A DNA stretch of 64,000 bases from positions 37,200,001 through 37,264,000 of the forward strand of contig NW_025963890.1 of assembly GCF_023055435.1 (NCBI RefSeq), in the 5' to 3' direction. Below, one piece after another: positions 51,100 through 61,659 of the stretch. Both the position numbers and the translations under genes were made by a program. The number at the start of each line of letters is the position of its first letter. Position 1 is the first letter of the stretch. Source of the stretch: Haliotis rufescens (Eukaryota). The notes beneath the pieces are model-generated. The model ran no database searches. It worked only from the letters and a program-made list of their open reading frames with translations, and had not been told where the DNA came from.

Positions 51100-52265
51100 G
51101 AGTGAGTGAGTGAATTGGGTCCAACGCCGCTTTAAACAGTAGGCCTATTCCAGTTATATCACGGCATTTCAGCTTAATGAGGAGAAAAGAAGTGATTCAG
51201 GTCTCAGACGTTTATCACTTTGTTGAAAATCATGAGCACGGTTATGGCGCTGACAAACCAAGAGACTTAATCTAGGCGAACCGGGATTCGAACCCGCAAT
51301 CATAGCTCCTGGAGTGCCTTCAGGGACAGCTTCCCGTGGGTTCGAATACCAGAATCGTTTGTCTGTCAGCACCACGTCCATGTCCGTTGTCCGTTGTCTT
51401 CATCAAAGTGGTAAATGCCTAAGACCTGTTTCTCTTTGAGCTTTTCTGTTACATTTCGCTGATACGTCGTGATATAACTTACTATTACCCAAAGCATCGT
51501 CAAACCAAGCTGCCTCCTTCTATCTTAAAGAAGACCGCCTCCGTGGTCTAGTGGATATATCGTCTGCCCGGATAGTGGAAGGTCGGTGGTTCGATCCTCG
51601 GTCGCGTCATACCAAAAGAGGGAGTTGGACTTAATGTCGCTTTGAACAGAATTCCAGTAAAATCACAGCATTTCAGCTGAATGTGAGACAAAAGCTCGAA
51701 TTGATGCAGGCCTCAGACGTTTACCACTTCGGTGATACCCACGAGCTCGGGTATGGTGGTAACAAACCTAGAAACATAATCGGGTCGAACCGGGATTCAA
51801 ACCGAGCATAGGTTTCTGGCATGCCCAAGAGACGCAACTCTTCACAGCGAATTTTGATGCCTTAGACGACTCGGCCACCCGTGCACCCCACGTGGTTGTT
51901 GAGGTTTTGCAGGTTCGTCTTCCTTGACACTCGGTACATGTCACTTCAGGGCAGTACAGGTAACTGTGACTGTCGGTCTGACACTTCATACAACCGTATC
52001 GAGGTGGCATGGTTGGTTTCATAGAATGCAGTGTGTGAGTGGCTTCGCTCTTGTTTTGTTTTTATAGGAGAGCCTTGACACACAATGCACATATAAAAAA
52101 TGTTAACTCGTTTGGTACTTCTTGTTACCCTGCCTGGCGCTCTTGGGATTACACTATAAAACTGGCATTATTCTGGACTAGTACAAGCACACACACGCAC
52201 GCATGCAGGTCGCTACATAAGGGCGTTAATCTTTATGCGAAGCTAAACCCCATTTCACCTCACAT
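51100..52265. mobile_element. Nested SINE cluster: two opposed family B fragments (51100-51510); family A head (51533-51620) and tail (~52095-52265) split by a family B copy (51621-51889, minus)
   Basis: Segments match the family A and B copies elsewhere in the window. Confidence 0.7.
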
Positions 52266-52618
52266 TATCTATCTTAAAGTTTAGTTATGTATTGTTTTCT
52301 ATGGAACTCTATGTATCCAGTGGCATATTCTGGTGCAGCATGGCTTGGACAGGTTTAGGATGCACTCCACATATTATTTATCACAATTACTGCTTCCTCA
52401 GATTACTTGGTAATCTATGTCTGAATACTTCTGCATTAAGAAATAGAATAGAACAGGGGCCTTAGTCATTAACATGCTCAGAATTATACAATTTAAGAGC
52501 AGAATTGTTTTAAAACGTTCATGAGGGATGGGGACGGAGTGGGCAAGCAGTCAAAAGTGCCAGACCAGCAAGCCCAAGGTGCCGAGATCGTTTGACTGGG
52601 TTGTTATTCAGCCTTGGG

Positions 52619-52882
52619 TTGGTTGGTTGGGTGGTTTGTTGTTTAACGCCGCACTCAGCAATATTCCAGCTATATGACGGCGGTCTGTAAACAATCCAGT
52701 CTGGACCAGACAATCCAGTGATTGATATCATGAGCATCTATCCACGCAATTGGGATCGATGACATGCATCAACCAAGTCAGTGAGCCTGACCACCCGATC
52801 CCGTTAGTCGCCTCTTACGACAAGCATAGTCACCTTTTACAGCAAGCATGAAGACCTATTCTAAAGCGGATCTTCACGGGTC
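52619..52882 (-). mobile_element. Full-length non-tRNA retroposon, family D (RTE-5'UTR-like head)
   Basis: 11-bp TSD tcagccttggg (52608-52618, 52883-52893); head GACCCGTGAAGATCC..GCTTGTCGTAAGAGGCGACTAA; (AAAC/CAAC)n tail. Confidence 0.85.
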
Positions 52883-53487
52883 TCAGCCTTGGGACCAACA
52901 GTATTTACAGGTCTTTACAGTGTTGCCACTACCCCTAGCGTACAGTACATTGTACGAGGATGCGGTGGTCAGACTCGGTTGATTACATGTGTGGCATCAT
53001 CCTACCCTGACGGTATGGGAGGTTGCTCATGATGTCAATCACAAGATTGTCTGGTCAAGACATGAATATACATGTTGCCGTCATATATAGCTTGAATAGT
53101 GTAGAGTGTGGCATTAAACGACAAACACAATCCTTGTTACCTGCTCCATACAGAGTGAGTGAATATGGTTTTGCTATATTCCAGCAATATAACGGCGGGG
53201 GACATAAGAAAAGGTATTCACACATTGAACCAATGGGACGAGCGAATGTTTAAACAACTTGGCCACCCCACCGCTCCATGCATGACTTTCTAACGATCGA
53301 CTTTCGCCGTTAAACCTTGATGTTTTAGGGATACAGACGTCTATTAAACCGTAGACACATAAATACTCACAGCTTATTGAGTGACTGAGTGAAGATTCTT
53401 TAACGCCGCACACAGCCATAACAGCCAATACCAGGGAAGCCTGGAAATAATCGCGTCTGGACCAATAAGGCAACGTTCTATGCAATA

Positions 53488-54039
53488 GGGCGGTCGGGTA
53501 GCCTAGTGGTTAAAACGTTCACTCGTCACGTCGGAGACCCGGGTTCGATTCCCGACATGGGTACAATGTGTGAAGCCCATTTCTGGTGTCCCCCGCCGTG
53601 ATATTGCTGGAATATTGCTAAAAGCGGCGTAAAACCATACTCACTCACTCACTTATTGATCACTTGCGGCATGCTTGTGCTTATGGCAAGTATATAAAAC
53701 ATAATGCCCACATGGTGAAGATACAGGTGCTAACATACCAAATCCATACGTCGCATGTGTCATACATTCAAAATTAGCCACATGTGACTTTAAAAATTAC
53801 AGATATTCATAAATATGATACATTTTTGGTGCAAAAATAAATTTACAACAGATAGTTTGATGACACTGAAATATCGTTGAGGATAACTTAAATTCAATAT
53901 GGTATACATCACAAATATTTGTGGTTGAACATACGCAATCGTTGTACATGTTGTATGTGTTATCAAGTAAGTGGATACTACATTTTTCAACGATGTTATT
54001 TCTAATATTGCTAAAAGCCGCGTTAAACCATACTCGCTC
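53488..54039 (+). mobile_element. Chimeric retro-insertion: SINE C + ~350 bp copied from MAPK15 intron 1 + second SINE tail
   Basis: TSD ctatgcaata(ggg) at 53478 and 54040; 53652-54005 is the reverse complement of ~43680-44045. Confidence 0.8.
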
Positions 54040-54832
54040 CTATGCAATAGGGGACGACACAATTACCGAGCCGACCGCCCGATCTATTTTAGTCTCACGA
54101 GGTTACTTTGCAGCATCTGTATATCCTGGAATCCACAAGGAGATTAGTATAAATAGAGCGGTGTTATATTGATTTTACGAAATACGAGTCAGACTTAATT
54201 GTATTTTCCGAGTACCATAATTAAATCAGCGTATATAATATCAATACACCGATTCCGAGTATGAACTAAAAATTACACATGTTCTGAGTACTGAGTCTTA
54301 TTAAGATTAACTTGATCGTGATCGTGGTAATACTTTTCGGTAAGACTCATTTCCTAGTCCTTTTTTGGATTGTTTGCGGAACGGTCCTCAGCAAAATATG
54401 CTGGGCCCCGTCTTTCATAGCAGAATGGAGAGCATGCAGCGTATCACGCACAGAGAACCGGGAACCAAGCAATGTTACGTCATAGCAGTGTATGACGGCA
54501 GTGGATCTGGTCAGAAGGGCAGATGTTCTATGCTCGCCTTGTTAAGAGTGCCATATGGTACCGGTCTTGCGCTAGTTAAGGAGTGGTTTGGAGTGATTGG
54601 TTGTTGAATGGGCTTATGTATATCTAACGAGCAGCATTTAAGTCAAACAAAGCTAAAAGCGTTACTCTTGCTGCGCGAACCAACAGTGGAACCAGTTTAG
54701 AAATTGTAGCATTCGTTATCACTTTCTGCAGCTGCAAGAAGACTCGTCCCCATTCGTGACCACACCACTCGTCAGCAAACACCACCAACTCCCTCCATGC
54801 AGATCTGTTTAACCCGCGAGATCACGCACTCT

Positions 54833-55182
54833 GGTCCTATACTAAACAACGTCCGGGAGCGTCCGGGCAACGCCATGGAGCGTCCGAGAACGTCCCGGGG
54901 AAAGATGCTACCAAAGAAGTGTATTCTATATCATTGTGTTCTTGTATTAATTATAACAAATTGCCAAACCCCTCCTCCCTTGAATCACGAATACCATCTA
55001 ATTTTTTACCCTAATTGCTCGCCTATGAATCCCGAATACTATTTGACACAAATCTCAAAAGCATTGAGAAAAGGGGTGCGATTTGAAGTTTGATGTTTTA
55101 TTGACTGACTGAACTTCATTTTTTAACTCCCGAACGTCTGATGAAACCTCTCGGACGTTCCCGGACGTTAAATAGTAGGACC
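54833..55182. mobile_element. MITE with 10-bp TSD (Mutator-like)
   Basis: TSD cacgcactct at 54823-54832 and 55183-55192; imperfect TIRs ggtccta..aacgtccggga.cgtccg. Confidence 0.82.
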
Positions 55183-56714
55183 CACGCACTCTGATCGGTA
55201 TATCTCAATTCAGCGGATTGACGCAAGTCTATCTTGGAGTACCCATGCAGTGTGTCATTTCTCCATTCTATTTACCAACATAGAACGGAAATATATTGCC
55301 CTCGATTGATGGACAACTTGCTGGTGAACTTACTGGAATATAGGTAAAAACGGCCCAAAACAACAGTCACTTACAAGAAAATACTCCATGGCGGAAAATA
55401 TGGTGGTCATTAAAGATATATTTTCCGGGTACATGTTCTACAATATTTGACCGATATATAATTCCCAGAAAATATATCTTATATATTACCAAGAACCTAG
55501 GCAAGTCTAGATCAAACTATCCCCCCAAGTGTATAATTTCCTTATGAAAACAGCGGAGGAGGAAATGTTCTTTTGAAAAAAAATACAATTATTTTAAAGA
55601 ATGTTTTCATAAACTAAGTGTTCTTGTATATAGGCGATAACAATTATTTGTGTTTTTAGATTTGTATACATAGGTATTATCATGATTATTGGAATTCGTA
55701 AAGTGATTTAGAGCGTGAGCTGCAATTTGCTTCGTTAGAAAACGTATACATGGTCTACTTATTGTATATTTAAACAAAATATGGATGATTAAACCCTCTA
55801 AGACTTTCGAGAAGGAAAAGTTTCAAATCCCAACAATATTTAGTCAGTGGTGTACTAGAATCTGTCGGTTTAATTACAATAATAGCTAAATTAAAAATAT
55901 GAAAACAATAAAGGACACATCGTTTTATACAAAAGAGTGTGTCCTCCTTATCCTGACACTGGCGAAAACCCCTCGGTACAAATGATCGATTCTTGTGTCA
56001 AGGAACCATATACATGTATTATGTGTGCCCTTTGTTGTGACCAAGTCCTATATTTATTTATTACCTCAGGGAGGTTTTATACAGTCCACCAGTGCAGTTT
56101 TGTAACTTCACCGGTTTCTACCGGTGCTTCTGTTCTTTGTTCCCTGTATTTATATGCAGGCCCAACGGGAGTTGAGACCCAGTCGACGTAGATATTGCAG
56201 GTGCACGTGTGGAACGTGAGTCTAAGAGTAAGATTGTATGAAATATTGCCTGTCGTGTTTATTGCCTCGCAAGTCCGTTTCGCAGTTCAGTACAAACCCA
56301 CACTGAAACAAAAAGACGTTGTAAACAGCCTCAATGTTATTGTTGACTGAAAGCCGTGAGAGCGCTAGTCGGAATCAGCACTAGTCCCAAATGGCGCTTT
56401 CCCAGTTGATTAGATATTTTATCTTTGAGTATTTCGTGATATTGCTTGCATTCATTATTAATAAGACTATTAAATTTAACTATTGAATGTTAACACGTTT
56501 CGCGATTTCTCAACAAAATATTTGTCAAGAATTGATGAAAAACTAATTGAAATTGATATGTTCTAGAATTACTAGAGTGTTTTTTTTAATGTAGACATTG
56601 ATACGTGAATTCTTTTTGGGGGGCTTTAGTTAAATCCACAAATATTAAATAAAAGTAAAATAGTGAAATTAATATATGACAACAAAACCTAATAAAGTAA
56701 CCATGATAATATAC

Positions 56715-58594
56715 CAGAGACCATATAATAGAGGGACGGCCCTCACCAACAGTTTATCACTAACCATCAGCGCTACTGTCTGGCATGTAACTGATACACC
56801 CCGACACCCTGCTGTTAACCTCCCTGTACCGCTGCAGATGCGCAATAGATGCGCAGACATTCACGACTGACCATCCTGGTAACCACGTAAACAATATTAC
56901 ATAATATCCGGGGTAAGAGTTAATTCCCTTATCCGACTACGACCAGCGACAATCCAATAAAAGAACGTCTCTTAGCGGATTACAAAGATGTTTGTATGAT
57001 ATCTCTCATTAGCACATGTCAGTTGGCTGCAAATTATTTGCTGAACATGTGTGTCTTCCGGGACATTTATTTCAATTTAAATATCTCATTTTATTCTGCA
57101 ATTGTTAACTATTATAAATAAACAAATATACCAAATCTACTATGAACGCCACAGAAAACTACGATCCGGTAAATTGCACAGGAACTCAGGAAGTGTAAAT
57201 AAAACTCATTCAGAAGCAGGGAAGACACTTGTAACATATCACCATATTCCCGATGTTCACAAAATATATCTCCAGATTAACTTCATATCTTATGATAAGT
57301 CCAGACTAGATTTACTTGCAAAAATGCATGATCACCGACTGGTGTAAATGCTTTACTATTAGCCAGAAATTTTTTTACGCCATATTAATGTTTTTATTTC
57401 ATGTAAATTCGCTACTATTTTATAATGCTAATAGTTCCAATGAATTAAAAATACACATTAAACTACGAGCGTTGTTAAATGAATTTTCAATGTGTCTGAC
57501 AATGGGCTTCGAAAGAATCAAATGTTATTGGTTAATGCCAGTTTGGGGCTAGCAGTGATAATGGGGTTTGCCGGAGCGAGATAAGTTTGACACCTTCGAC
57601 CTTGTTGTCTGGAACTTCTCTCCCGACGACTGCCGATATAATCCTTCTTTTTTCTTAGCATTTACAAAGCAAATGATAATTTTATAATACAAATATTTCA
57701 TGTAACAGATTTTTATTTTTGTATGATGTTTTCACTGTTGTGTAAATACACAAAGTAAGTAGTACCTTCATCATATTTACATTATTATGATTGGGCCTAG
57801 GCCAAGATCATTTTGCTCATAATCAATATTTACACGGCATAAAATAAATAATTGATTAAATCATGATCAATACAGACAAAATCTTCAGAAGATAACAAAT
57901 ATGTTATGGTAATTTAACTTAAAATATGTGACGTAAAATATGGCCTTGCGCCAAAAATCATACAAAAAAAAACTACCGATCGTACCAAAATAACTTTGGT
58001 ACCAAGCCAAAGGGGAAATCGTGATGAACTATTTAATTCAGGACCGATGATAGGAACACATTCGTCTGAAAGCATGCGAAAATTAAGAGTTGTGGTGTAA
58101 TTATTTTGGGAAAAGTCAGATTTAGTCCCATTTCTGGAGTCAAAATCTGAAATATCGCATCCGCCCTAAATTTGTAAATGGCACTAAGCCAATTTTTAAC
58201 ATATTTCCTTTTTATACACCTTGGTAACCAAGGACTTTCATTGCGAATTAGAGGCCGTTATTGAAAATCAAAATCTGCACTTTTGCCGATTTTACCTGTG
58301 CGCTATTGTTCTCTCGGACAAAGACAAAGCGTGATCACAGTCATCAAATACAGTGACAACGACATGCTTTAGGGCACCAACAAATCTCAGTTGTAATGTT
58401 AACAATGTTAAGAAATACATGAGTGTAATTTTGTATTGTAAAATATATCTTTTGCATGGGGGAAAAAAAGGCGACAACGATGACTGCAGTGAACGCGTTT
58501 CTGCTCGCTTCCGGACAGGCTGCGCAGTACAAGCCGTAGCACTGATGGTTTCGCGCATAGGCTAGAGGGCCGTCCCTCTATTATATGGTCTCTG
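56715..58594. mobile_element. Non-autonomous DNA transposon, P-superfamily-like, 1.9 kb
   Basis: Perfect 30-bp TIR cagagaccatataatagagggacggccctc; 7-bp TSD aatatac (56708-56714, 58595-58601); CA...TG termini. Confidence 0.85.
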
Positions 58595-58991
58595 AATATA
58601 CTAAAAAAAACTGCAAAGGTGATTTTAGATGTATACTTTATATACCATATAAATAATCAACAGATGGTAATCAATCATTCAAAATTGGCGCACATCATTG
58701 TCATTGACCCAGGTTCCACATGGAACACATGGAGCAGTAGATTTTCAAGGTGAAGGTCATCTGTTCTCAACATCTTGAATGGCCACCATAAGATGACTAG
58801 AAGCAGTCAGGTCCCAAATTGTGACCTGGGCAATGATCACATACTCTGCCTGCAGTGCATGCGCCAACTTCAGGGGATCCGTGGTTGTTGTTGACGTGCT
58901 CATAGTCATTGATCCAGTGCATCTCATAAATGAGACTATGACTATGCATATATAATGTTGACTGATGTTGTTGAAAAATGTGTTTCAGGTG

Positions 58992-59534
58992 ATGGAGATC
59001 CAACTTCGAGATCGCAGCAACAAGGTGCGTTATGAATTCCGACTGGTGGCCCGCGAGGTCACCCATGAGGTCTATGATGTCCCGGAGGACAATCAGGTCC
59101 TCTTTGCCTACCAATTTGAGCGCCAGACCCGAGGTCCTTCACACGTACTGGAGCTGGCACAGCTGTCAGGAGGTGGTCGGAGACACCAGGTGGCATGTGG
59201 TGCCTTGTCCTTTAGCCTGGCTGATCGATCCATGGATGAAGCAGGTTCCATGTTTGACAGTAGCTTCTACCACATGATCACTTTCCTGTTTGTCAAACCT
59301 GAGCACCAGAGGACAGGAGTAGGCCGACAGCTGATGCAGGCGGCCCTCAAACATATGGCAGCCCACGAGCCTAGTAGGCCAGTCAGAGTGGAGAGTGCGC
59401 TTGGAGCAGCCTACTTCTTCGAAAAACTTGGCTTTGTTCGAGTTGGTGAACCGTTTGAGACTGTGTGTTCGGGCTCCAGATTGTTCAGATCTATGGTTAA
59501 TATGGAGCATGAAGCTCCAAGATGTGACCCTTGA
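58992..59534 (+). CDS. GNAT-family N-acetyltransferase (~180 aa, single coding exon)
   Basis: Acetyl-CoA motif A FLFVKPEHQRTGVGRQLM and motif B AAYFFEKLGF; acceptor tttcAG at 58987-58988 three bases before the ATG. Confidence 0.85.
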   Translation: MEIQLRDRSNKVRYEFRLVAREVTHEVYDVPEDNQVLFAYQFERQTRGPSHVLELAQLSGGGRRHQVACGALSFSLADRSMDEAGSMFDSSFYHMITFLFVKPEHQRTGVGRQLMQAALKHMAAHEPSRPVRVESALGAAYFFEKLGFVRVGEPFETVCSGSRLFRSMVNMEHEAPRCDP

Positions 59535-59569
59535 ACAGCGTATGTTCACAGATGAAGAGATTATGCCAA

Positions 59570-60195
59570 TAGTGAAATGTTGCTCAAGACAGCATGCAGT
59601 CACGGAGGAAGAGGTTGTTAGATGTTGCTCAGGAGAGCATGCTGTTACGGAGGAAGAGGTTGTTAGATGTTGCTCAACACAGCATGCAGTCATGGAGGAA
59701 GAGGTTGTTAGATGTTGCTCAAGACAGCATGCAGTCAAGGAGGAAGAGGTTGTTAGATGTTGCTCAAGACAGCATGCAGTCATGGAGGAAGAGGTTGTGC
59801 GATGTTGCTCAGGAGAGCATGCAGTCACGGAGGAAGAGGTTGTTAGATGTTGCTCAAGACAGCATGCAGTCACGGAGGAAGAGGTTGTTAGATGTTGCTA
59901 AAGACAGCATGCAGCCACAGAGGAAGAGGCTGTGCGGTGTTGCTCAGGACAGCATGCTGTCATGGAGGAAGAGGCTGTGCGATGTTCCTCAGGACAACAT
60001 GCTGTCACGGAGGAAGAGGCTGTGCGATGTTGCTCAGGACAACATGCTGTCACGGAGGAAGAGGTTGTTAGATGTTGCTCAAGACAGCATGCAGTCACGG
60101 AGGAAGAGGCTGTGAGATGTTGCTCAAGACAGCATGCAGTCATGGAGGAGGAGGCTGTGCGATGTTGCTCAAGACAGCATGCAGTCACAGAGAAT
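59570..60195. repeat. 45-bp minisatellite just after the GNAT stop codon
   Basis: Units like tgttgctcaagacagcatgcagtcacggaggaagaggttgttaga, ~14 copies. Confidence 0.95.
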
Positions 60196-60774
60196 GAAGT
60201 TATATGGTAGCTGGAGACAGCAGGAAGCCTGGGTGTAGAGGTTGTTGTTGAGGACAGTGAGATTGTGGGATCACTGAGGGATAGTATGACGATGATGAGG
60301 AAGCTGAGGCAGATGACGTCAGTGTAAGCATGGGGGGAACACTGATAAACTGTTTTGTCCATAATAATGTTACTTCATCAAGGATTGGTGGAATGGTTTT
60401 AATCACATTGTCTGCTGTGACAAATATATTTTCAAACTGTTACGTACATGATGACACTGATGAAATGAATATTATCAAATTGCTTTGAAATACAGATTTT
60501 CATATTGCTGATGTTCTATAAACATGGTGGAAGTTTGTATATTTATGTTGGTCATTATTTCATTCATGTCTTTTGGCATAGATGCCTGGCATTGCCTGCA
60601 CAAGTTTGTCATCCCTACCATGTGCAGCTGTCGTGATGGTGTCATCAGACTGTGCCCCTGTCTCGTGTGGGTGTTGGGGATGATGTCACCTCATCATCAG
60701 CATGTGCTCCCCCTTGTCATCAAGTTGAATAACTCGGTCACACATCTAAGCTCAAAACCAAATCGCACATAGAA

Positions 60775-61390
60775 GCTTCAGACCACAGTCACACATCCAT
60801 GCTCCAGACCCCAGTCACACATACAAGCCTCAGACCACAGTCACACATCCAAGCCTCAGACCACAGTCACACATCCAAGCCTCAGACCACAGTCACACAT
60901 CCAAGCCTCAGACCCCAGTCACACATCCAAGCCTCAGACCACAGTCACACATCCAAGCCTCAGACCACAGTCACACATCCAAGCCTCAGACCACAGTTAC
61001 ACATCCAAGCCTCAGACCACAGTCACACATCCAAGCCTCTGACCCCAGTCACACATCCAAGCCTCAGACCACAGTCACACATCCAAGCCTCAGACCACAG
61101 TCACACATCCAAGCCTCAGACCCCAGTCACACATACAAGCCTCAGACCACAGTCACACATACAAGCCTCAGACCACAGTCACACATCCAAGCCTCAGACC
61201 ACAGTCACACATCCAAGCCTCAGACCACAGTCACACATCCAAGCCTCAGACCACAGTCACACATCCAAGCCTCTGACCCCAGTCACACATCCAAGCCTCA
61301 GACCACAGTCACACATCCAAGCCTCAGACCACAGTCACACATCCATGCTCCAGACCCAAGTCACACATACAAGGTCAAGACCACAGTCAT
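60775..61390. repeat. 26-bp satellite, variant 1 (cagaccacagtcacacatccaagcct)
   Basis: Directly visible. Confidence 0.95.
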
Positions 61391-61646
61391 GACCCATTAA
61401 GATCCGGGGTAGAATAGGTCTTCAGCCACCCATGCTTGCAATAAACAGTGACTGTGCTTGTCTTAAGAGATCAGGTGGTCAGATTCACTGACTTGGTTGA
61501 TGCATGTCATCATATCCCAATTGCGTAGATCGATGCTCATAATGTCAATCACTGGATTGTCAGGTCCAGACTCTATTATTTACAGACGGACATCATATAG
61601 CTGGGAAATTGCTGAGTGTGGTGTTAAACAACAAATGAACAAGCAA
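61391..61646 (+). mobile_element. Retroposon family D copy inserted in the 26-bp satellite
   Basis: gaccc..gatccggggtagaataggtcttcagc head; flanks accacagtca / accacaatca. Confidence 0.8.
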
Positions 61647-61659
61647 ACCACAATCACAC

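Noticed and set aside
53488-53560. tRNA genes at SINE heads (also ~455-528, 8849-8915, 48555-48612)
   Set aside because: They continue into SINE bodies and tails with TSDs, or are too degenerate for a cloverleaf.
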